From contig NW_021832401.1 in assembly GCF_006345805.1 (NCBI RefSeq), positions 1 through 61,559 on the forward strand: a stretch of DNA of 61,559 bases, written 5' to 3'. The notes below the pieces were generated by a model that was not told the origin of the DNA, ran no database searches, and was given only the letters and a program-made list of their open reading frames with translations. The translations under genes were made by a program, and so were the position numbers. Origin of the DNA: Octopus sinensis (Eukaryota). Positions 52,505-61,559 of the stretch are shown piece after piece; position 1 is the first letter of the stretch, and the number at the start of each line of letters is the position of its first letter.

Positions 52505-52680
52505 CTGGCAGGAGGCCTAGGGGTAGACCAAGAACGAAATGGTTGGCCAATATCCATAGCCTCGGTTGCACTTGGTACTCAAGCTGAAAAGTGTCATGAC
52601 TGTTGCTTTTGGTAGGACTCTATGGAGGGCTCAATCCATCACGACCCTAATAGGAATAGGTGGGTGCAGAAGACGGTTGA
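52505..52680 (+). mobile_element. RTE-type LINE 3' remnant
   Basis: GRRPRGRPRTKWLANI motif. Confidence 0.4.
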
Positions 52681-53670
52681 ATTAGCTAATAGAAAAGAAA
52701 AGAAGTAATATCAGAGCGTGTGTTTACTTTGGCAGTGTGACCTACAAGAAAGCGCAACATTATAAGAAGAGATACAATTATAAGCGTAATTATAACTGTA
52801 ACTAACATAAACTTCTCTGGAAGTCAAGACTTAGTCACTTCGTCATCTTTGAAGAAAAAAACATGGCTGCCACTCAAAGAATACACGTGACCGGTCACAT
52901 GTCAGTTGTCAACTCTAACTGGATTGATCTATGCTCAAAGACTTTCCAGTCGTGACCATGCGATCCATTTTAGAAGTGTATCAAGAACTACGTTATCTAT
53001 TATACCCTTTCTTTTTCCAATACAGTAAAGTGTGATTTAAGGATGATAAAGCTGTTACTTCTAGCAGATCATGAGATCACGTGAAGGTTTCCTCATTGGC
53101 CAGGTTTGTCTGTAAGAAAAAAACCGTCATCAATCCAACAGTGGCTACCCAGTCAAGTATTTTGTATATAGCGTGTTTAGGGCTAAATGAGAGACCTTGC
53201 GCAGTCGTTTTACCTGCTAGAAACAGCAGCTAACTTTCAAATTATATCCTACAGTCTTTAAAAAAGGACACATTGGGTAATGTACTCCCAGAAAGACGTA
53301 GTGGGTATGGCTGGAATACATTTCAATATCTAATATATTCTATCATGACTGACCCGCGTTAAACCTCAGTTGTGTCCTGACCGAACTGAGCACTGATTTA
53401 TGATCAAGGGCATCCCAGAAGTGATCATCGCGTCTGGTTTTTGGGATAGCAGAAGTACATTATCTAGGGTGTTCAGTAAGTCCTTTCTGTTTTACGACGA
53501 CAGGGCAAAGTTTGAGAAAGATGTAGCTGCTATTTCTAACACGTCATATGTCCATCTAGAGGCTTTCTCATAGACGACTAAGTGTGAAGTTTTAACTTAA
53601 ACTAGAAGAGGTTGAGTTTAAATCCCGCTATGGAGTACTTGGGAGGGTGGGTGGTAGAGGCACACGTAAT

Positions 53671-54991
53671 ACGTCACCCCAGCAAGATGTTCGAAACCAT
53701 CCTTAAGAAAAGTATGATGCTCCACCTCCTAAACACAGCCTCTATCTCTGATTCCCAACACGGCTTCGTGCCGAAGAGATCATGCTTGACCAACTTACTA
53801 GTAATGGAAGATTTGGTGACGCGCATCCTCGATGATAGTGATGCTGTTGACATCGTTTTATTGGACTTTGCCAAAGCTTTTGACTCGGTAAACCACCGCC
53901 TACTACTTGTCAAGCTTCAAGCATATAGTTTCCATCCGATATTGTACGATGGGTTGGTGCCTTCTCTCAGATCGCTCCTTCCAAGTCCAAGTTAATGGTT
54001 CACGGTCCGACGTCTCCAGTGCGAGCAGTGGCGTGCCTCAAGGTTCAGTGCTTGGGCCTTGTTGTTCTAGTCTTCATAAATGACTTGCCCGACGACCTCA
54101 CGCAACACACCCTTCTATTGCCGACGATATCAAACTGGTCGCTCCTCGCGGTAATATAGAGGATCTTCGTCGATGCCTCCACCAAATTTGGAAGTGGTCT
54201 AACGATTGGGACCTGTGTCTGAACGTGTCAAAGTGCTGTCATCTGCCTGTCGGCTCTACTCCTGCAACTCAACTTGATTTCGAGCCGGGTCGTCTGCTGC
54301 TGGAGAGGACCGATCAGGTAAAGGACCTGGGTATCTTGGTGGATTCCTCCTTTTCGCCTTCGGCCCAGTGCGTCCATGCTGCCAACAAAGCACGCGGAAT
54401 TCTGTTCTTGATTCGACGGTCATTCGGAATGCTCACAGCAGCCATATTCCTACCACTCTATGTCACGCTGGTGAGACCCATATTGGAGTATGGGATTCAA
54501 GCCTCTTCTCCTTATCTCCTCAAAGACATACAGCATCTCGAAAGAGTCCAGAAGCTGGCTACCCGCATGGTTCATGGTCTCAAAAATTTGTCCTACGAAG
54601 AAAGGCTGAGGACGCTCGACCTTTATTCTCTTGAAAACGCCGCCGCCGTGGTGATCTCATTCTCGCCCACAACATCATAAGCGGAAAGTGTAACCTCTCG
54701 AAAGAGCTGTTCTTCACTCCTGCTCCAGAGCGTCGGCTGCGGGGTCATTCCGAAAAGCTCTACCTGCGACGATTTCATCTCAATCGAAGGAGAGGAGCTT
54801 TCTCCGTCCGGGTTGCGGACCGTGGACAACAGCTGCCAGACGAGATGGTGAAGATGCCGACGACCGCTTTGTTCAAAGCCTCCCTAGACCTCAAGTGGCC
54901 TGAACTCTTTACATGAACTTAACACCATGTCCCCCTACATGGCCTTGCTATTTGCTTTTGAGCCAAATTAACTAACTAACTAACTAACTAA
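53671..54991 (+). mobile_element. CR1-clade LINE, 5'-truncated RT to 3' end, (CTAA)n tail
   Basis: QHGFVPKRSCLTNLL...DIVLLDFAKAFDSVNH...SSGVPQGSVLGP...(F)ADD...VKDLGI...LYVTLVRPILEY...LERVQKLATRM...SYEERL; GC-richer than the flanks; tail TTAACTAACTAACTAACTAACTAA. Confidence 0.92.
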
Positions 54992-56018
54992 CCGGCTCAC
55001 CATCCCCATGTAGTACACACCTTGGATGTCTTTGGCGAACCCCTCGCTGTTGCCAACATTCAGAGCATATCCCTAGTTTGCTGACAACTTCCTCCCTTAC
55101 TCCTACCCGTCGTGGGTACCCCCTACCTGAACGAAAAGGGTCACAGGTACACCCCCCCTATCTCACTAAAAGAATACCGGAAGGACATAATGCACAGTTT
55201 GACGAGTCTTCGATACTATTTCGTTGCAGTAAACTAGTTTCAGTGATAAGGTAGTTCTTTCAGTTACGGCCACGGCCATGCTGGAGCACCGTACATGGGT
55301 GCTGCCACAATAAAGTTTCTTGCACCGGGTTGTGAGACTCCACTCTTAAGATGGTCATTTATATCAAGCTCAATACTTATTTTGGTACTCATTATATCGA
55401 TCTCTATTTATCGAATGTATGTATGTATGTATGTATGTGTGTATGTATGTATGTACGCATGTATGTGTGACTATTTGTGTGTGTGTGTGTGTGTTGGTTT
55501 GTTTTATGTGCCAGTAACTTAGTGGTTTGGCAAAAAAGCTCGATAGAAGAAGTGTGTGCGAGTGAGTGAATGTGTGTATGTGTGTTTGCACGTGTGTGCA
55601 TTTGTGTGTGTGTGCCGCACCACATAGCAATCGGTGTTTGGTTTGTTTACGTCCCCGTTACTTGAAAATTCTAGAAAGCAAAGAAAAAAGAAAGGAACTC
55701 AACAAGTACCAGACTTTCAAAAGGAATCAACATTGGGATCGACCAAAAGCCCTTCACGGCAATGCTCCGGCGTGGCCGCATTTGAATGAGTGAAACAAGG
55801 GTCTTTTATCGTTTACGTGTTTCAATCATTGGACAGCGGCCATGCTGGAGCACCGTCTTGAAAGATTTAGTCGAATGAGTCCCCCACCCCGTACTTAATC
55901 TTAAAAAACAACTATAACCTAGGTAACTTTTGCCAAACTGCTAGATGTAAACAAACCAACAACGGTCGTCAAACAGTCGTGTGAATAAGTACAAACACAA
56001 ATATCCGCCCTCCCGCGG

Positions 56019-56065
<47 letters not shown>

Positions 56066-56186
56066 TAGCGAAAGAGAAAGGGAGAGAGGGGAGAGAGGGG
56101 TTTCTTTCAGTCTCTGTTTACCAAATATGTAGGTTTATATATATATATATATATACATACATACATACAGACATAGACACATGCAT

Positions 56187-56248
<62 letters not shown>

Positions 56249-56315
56249 TATATACATATATACGTATACATGAATACACATGCACACACACATATATTTG
56301 TATATACACAGACAG

Positions 56316-56358
<43 letters not shown>

Positions 56359-56526
56359 GGACTGGCTTCTTTCAATTTCCGTCTACCAAATCCACTCACT
56401 TTGGTTGGCCTAGGGCTATAGTAGAAGACGTGCATATTTATTATCTATTTTTAATTAACAACCTGGTAAAATGAAATCCGAGAGATATTGTAACAAAGAA
56501 CAAGAGAGTTTGGGATCCTACCAAAA

Positions 56527-56557
<31 letters not shown>

Positions 56558-56984
56558 AAGAAAAGAAAAAATAGAAGAAAAATTAGAAACACCTCTGCAT
56601 AGCGTTCTCGCAAAAATGATAACAATCTATCGCGATCACAATAATTATTTTTCACTTTATTTGCCATCCATCATGGACACACAAGATGTACAGTTAATTT
56701 AAATTTTGAAACAAGATTAGGAAGAAAGAAAAATTAGAACAATTTAAAGAAATTTGATTATAACAAGATAAAAAAAAAATATTGTAATTAATTTTATTAA
56801 TTAATATGACAGATCACTCGTTTTCTTTCCTGATGTCTTTTTCTTTCTTTTTTTTTGTCATTGTTTGGTTGTAGTTAATATAGAAATAATGTAACAAAAC
56901 AAACAAAAAAAAATTTTTTTTCACGAAATGATAGGGAACCACCGGAGGTGAAAGAAAACCAAGGAAACCGAAGTTCTAACTAAT

Positions 56985-56994
56985 AATAATAATA

Positions 56995-57074
<80 letters not shown>

Positions 57075-57161
57075 TACGAATAAATATATAATTCAATAAA
57101 TAATTAAAGGGTGAGAATATGTGAGATTAGACAAAGGAACTATTTATCGCACGAGTTATGA

Positions 57162-57227
<66 letters not shown>

Positions 57228-57240
57228 CATAATATTAATA
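56985..57240. repeat. Two long (AAT)n microsatellites
   Basis: Direct reading (about 56985-57075 and 57163-57240). Confidence 0.9.
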
Positions 57241-57834
57241 ATAAATTGTCGAAAGTAAAGCGAGGACGAGTATAGAGAAATGGGAAATCGAAATTATGAT
57301 ATTAGAAGATTTCAGAAGACTCCCTTCCCTCTGCATAAAATACTTATAGCTAAGTGCAGACTGATATATTTAATGGAGTGATTAAAAAAAAAAGTATTTT
57401 TAATCAACTGAAAATTAAAGTTCTAATGAGATAAAAAATTAATGAAAATACTTGTCAAAACGGGCAAGGAAGACAACTCGGAAGTTTAAATTGATTGAAA
57501 ACTTGACTGGATATATGTAGTGGTACAAATAAATCTTGTTATTGCTGTTTAACACCTCTCTCACATCTGTCGGCCCGGACTCAGTAGAGTTAGGATCAAA
57601 AACATTCCAGCCGTGACAATTCCATCTTTTTTTTCTAGAAATGATAAATGGTTTACGACACAAAAGAAATCATTTTAAACTTGCTAAAATTATATTCGGG
57701 ATGCCTTAACCCTACTAAGAGTAGAAGCAGGTGTGTTTCGTAGGATTAATTTTGAGGACTTGCTATTTTAAAAAAAGTAGAAGTTTTTGTTTCATTTTGA
57801 AAAATAAAAATTTATTTTATCGCTTATTGAGATT

Positions 57835-58167
57835 GAGACCCCCTTCGATCATGACTGACCGTGGGATTGCACCTAGAAAGTTACCCTCCCAGGCACAAGT
57901 CCGGGCAAGATTGTTTATGGAAGACCAGCAGTCGCCCATTCATACCGGCATTCCCTTCTCCACGCCACTGATGTTATCCAAGGGAAAGGCAAAGGCCGAT
58001 ACAGCTTGGCACCTGTGACGTCGCAACTCATTTCTACAGCTGAGTGAACTGGAGCAACGTGAAATAAAGTGTCTTGCTCAAGAACACAACACGCACCCCG
58101 GTCCGGGATTCGAACTTACAACCACACGATCATAAGATCGACGCTCTAACCAATGAGCCATGCGCCT
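57835..58167 (-). mobile_element. tRNA-derived SINE family E with a conserved-type central domain
   Basis: Head GGCGCATGGCTCATTGGTTAGAGCG...GTTCGAATCCC; centre GTGTTCTTGAGCAAGACACTTT...CACTCAGCTGTAGAAATGAGT resembles the CORE/V/Meta-type SINE domains. Confidence 0.75.
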
Positions 58168-58445
58168 TTATATGGCTTATTATTGTTTTTATTTTAAATT
58201 ATATATATATAAATATGGGGGCACCAAGATCTTTTAAATGCTTAGGGCCTCTACGAGTCAATTTGACCTGTCAATTTGACCGGTCCGGGATTCGAACTTA
58301 CAACCACACGATCATAAGATCGACGCTCTAACCAATGAGCCATGCGCCTTTATATGGCTTATTATTGTTTTTATTTTAAATTATATATATATAAATATGG
58401 GGGCACCAAGATCTTTTAAATGCTTAGGGCCTCTACGAGTCAATT
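58098..58445. repeat. 166-bp tandem duplication with a 16-nt junction insertion
   Basis: 58098-58263 = 58280-58445; the junction reads GTCAATTTGACCTGTCAATTTGACCGG. Confidence 0.9.
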
Positions 58446-58486
58446 AAAACTGTTTGGTCCAATGAAGTACAGTATTCAGGTAGAAA

Positions 58487-58869
58487 TCTCTCTCTATATA
58501 AACGGCAGTTTGTCTGTGCGTGTTTCTGTGTGTCTGTTTTCTTGTACCCTCACCCTGACCACGGCTTTCAACCGATTCTGATGAAACTTGACACACACAT
58601 AGCCCAATGTCATAATTCAAAACTAACGCAGCGAAAATTTTGAAAAGTTCCCCCAGTTCTGAAAAAAGTCGATAAATTCGAAATGAGGTCGACAATCAGA
58701 AACACAAACCGCAAACTGTCTAGGGGACGCAACTCCACCTTTTTTAACTAAAAAAAAAATTTACCATCATTTTTTTCCATCTTTTTGCTGTTTTTTGGCT
58801 ATAACTCTCTAAAAATGCTTTATAGTTATTTTCCTTACAAACCTGAGCAACGCCGGGCGATACTGCTAG
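58487..58869 (+). mobile_element. Non-autonomous Helitron
   Basis: A|TCTCTCTCTATATAA 5' end; GC-rich hairpin CCTGAGCAACGCCGGG (58842-58857), then CTAG|T 3' end; A-T insertion site and no TSD. Confidence 0.8.
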
Positions 58870-59338
58870 TGTTTGATAAGACAGATGATGTGAAAGTGGC
58901 TATGAAGAAGTGAATACAGTAATGCACGCTTGAATTCTTTCAAAGACGATTTGACGGATGGGTTAAATGATGGCGAAAGGGCACCGTTTGGAATGGAGAC
59001 TATGTTTAGTAGAACTTTTGTATAGAGTGATGGTTCTCAACTGGAGTCCACGTGACCCTTGGTGGTGGGGGGTCCATGTAAGATTTTGTTCTGTTGTTTG
59101 GAATTTATGGGCAGTAAATTACTTACACTTATGCAATAGGAACAGGCATAGTAGTGTGGTAAGTAGCTTGCTTCCCAACCACATAGTTCCTGGTTCAGTC
59201 CCACTGCGTGGCACCTTGGAAAAGTGTCTTCTACTATAGCCTTGGGTCGACCAAAGACTTGTCAGTGGATTTGGAAGACGGAAACTGAAAGAAGCCCATC
59301 ATATATAAATATATATGCGCAGGAGTGGCTTTGTGATA

Positions 59339-59742
59339 GGCGCAGGAGTGGCTGTGTAGTAAGTAGCTTGCTTACCAACCACATGGTTCCGGGTTCAGTC
59401 CCACTGCGTGGCACCTTGGGCAAGTGTCCTCTACTATAGCCTCGGGCCGACCAAAGCCTTGTGAGTGGATTTGGTAGACGGAAACTGAAAGAAACCCATC
59501 GTATAAATGTATATGTATATGGGTGTGTGCGTTTGTGTGTCTTTGTTTTTCTTCCCCCAACATCGTTTGATAACCGATGTTGGTGTGTTTACGTCCTCGT
59601 AACTTAGCGGTTCGGCAAAAGAGATCGATAGAATAAGTACTAGGCTTACAAAGAATAAGTCTTGGGGCCGATTTGCTCGACTAAAGGCGGTGCTCCAGCA
59701 TGGCCGCAGTCAAATGACTGAAACAAGTAAAAGAGTAAAAGA
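59339..59742 (+). mobile_element. SINE family A, full length, within a cluster (59143-59310 +, 59760-59980 +, 60030-60225 -, 61183-61340 -)
   Basis: Head-to-tail match; preceded by an extra partial head copy. Confidence 0.9.
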
Positions 59743-60584
59743 ATGTGTGTGTGTGTGTGTATGTGTGTGTGTTGTGCCCCACCAGTACTTGATAACCGGT
59801 GTTGGTTTGCTTACGTAGCCGTAATCTAGCGGTTCGGCAAAAGGAGACCGATAGAATAAGTACCAGGTTTTAAAAAATAACATAAGTATTGGGGTGGATT
59901 CAATCAACTAGAACTTCTTCAAATCGATGCCCCAGCATGGCCACAGACTAAAATGACTGAAGCAAGCAAAAATATACACAAAATATTTTAGTAATTCTTT
60001 TCTTTCTTTCATTCTTTTATTGGTCTTCTTTCATTTATTTCAGTCATTTGAATGCGGCAATGCTGGAGCACCGCGTTTTTAGTCGAACAAATCGACATGA
60101 GGACTCATTCTTTGTAAGAGGCCTTGTACTTATTCTATCGCTCTTTTTTGCCGAACCCTAAGTGACGGGGACGCAGACACACCAACATCGGTTGTGAAGT
60201 GATGGTGGTGGTGCGGGGGACAAACACACACACACACACACACACACACTCTCTCTCTCACACACACACACTCACTCACACATATTTATATATAAGTGTA
60301 TGTGTATTTTTTCAATGTGTACACATAACACGGAAAAAAATATAAATAAATAGTTATCAGGGTAGTAAAAAATTCACATAAGTACCAAGGATGTTACAGC
60401 CTACTTATAAAGGTAGAACTTCCAGGGTTTAGTAAAATGTTTTTGTATAACAGATAAATAAAGAAATGGTGTTAAACCCAGGTGCTATTCAAATGTCGGA
60501 ACAATATATGTCGGAAGAATAAAGATTTGAATAACACCTGCGTTTAACCCTATTTCTTTATTTAACTATTATATTATATGTATG

Positions 60585-60669
<85 letters not shown>

Positions 60670-60984
60670 CCACCACACCACACACCACCATACCACACAA
60701 CCACACCACCAACACCACCATCCTACACATCACACACCACCATACCACACCAACCCGCACACACTAGCACTGACCACTTCCCAGCACCCACACTATCATC
60801 CGCACACCTACACATGCACATACGCACACGTCAATGTCACCAGCCCCCTTCCACATGCACATACTCGCTCTCACATACACACGCACGCACACTTTCATTT
60901 TGGGATCACCACTACTTTATTATCTCCCCTTCTTCCTAGCTCTCCTGTGTGACATTTCTGCCCGGCATTCGCCATGATAGATCG

Positions 60985-61162
60985 ATAGCCACTAAACCTT
61001 TTTCTATTTTCTCTCCTTGTTTATTTCTGTGTTCCTTTCCGTCGAAGAGCGTAGGTTCGAAACGTAAAAGACTTTGTCACTCCCCGAGATTTAATCTAAT
61101 ACATCTGTTTGTTGTCTACACATCTTTCTTCGTCTTTTGTTTTTTTGTAAATTCTCACTATA
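60985..61162 (+). mobile_element. Penelope-like terminal repeat with a degenerate hammerhead-like fold
   Basis: CTTT-CCGTCGAA-GAGC gtag GTTC-GAAA-CGT-A-AAAG at 61035-61070; followed by (TA)n. Confidence 0.55.
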
Positions 61163-61559
61163 TATATACATACATATATACACGATGGGTTTCTTTCAGT
61201 TTCCGCCTACCAAATCCATTCACAAGGCTTTGGTCGTCCCGAGGCTATAGTAGAAGGCACTTGCCTAAGATGCCACGCAGTGGGACTGAACCCGGAACCA
61301 TGTGGTTGCAAAGTAAGCTTCTTACCACACGGCCATACCTGTTCTTACTGCAGAAGTGTAAGTAATTTATTAAACATAAAGGTGCTGCACAGTGGGACCG
61401 AACCCATGCCATGTTTTTGGGAAGCAAGCTACTGACCACACAGCCACTCCATGGGATTTTTTAAAATATTGAATAGCTATGAGGGTTCATCTGAGTAAAC
61501 ATGAACCAGAAGGGTTCATAGATAATGGTGGATAAACATGGTGGTATCAAAACGTTCGC

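Overview
AT-rich, microsatellite-saturated animal genomic DNA. The SINE families, LINE content and repeat style point to a coleoid cephalopod, most likely Octopus (inference). Almost all ORFs in the supplied track are artefacts of (TA)n/(TG)n/(CA)n/triplet repeats. One host gene is well supported: the last two coding exons of a Max-dimerisation protein (Mxd/Mad/Mxi1 family, + strand, 14315-14489 and 16311-16453). Its SID and basic/HLH exons were not found and should lie upstream of the window. The rest is mainly mobile DNA: five SINE-type families; fragments of RTE, CR1-like, Tx1/L1 and R4/Dong LINEs; Penelope-like terminal repeats; a non-autonomous Helitron; a Tc1/mariner fragment; a hairpin-ended DNA element; and a U6 fragment. 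Top leads: (1) the Mxd stop is UGA-C and the same frame stays open for 468 more codons, a candidate stop-codon readthrough or editing-dependent extension; (2) a minimal hammerhead-ribozyme fold with a compensated G3:C8 core inside a perfect 216-bp-arm palindrome; (3) Dong-type LINEs sitting in (TAA)n tracts, all 5'-truncated at the same point; (4) a non-coding element with a 53-bp perfect hairpin inserted in one of them. Homopolymer-type indels suggest a long-read assembly, so the perfect duplications need read-level confirmation. All alignments were done by eye; repeat boundaries are approximate.
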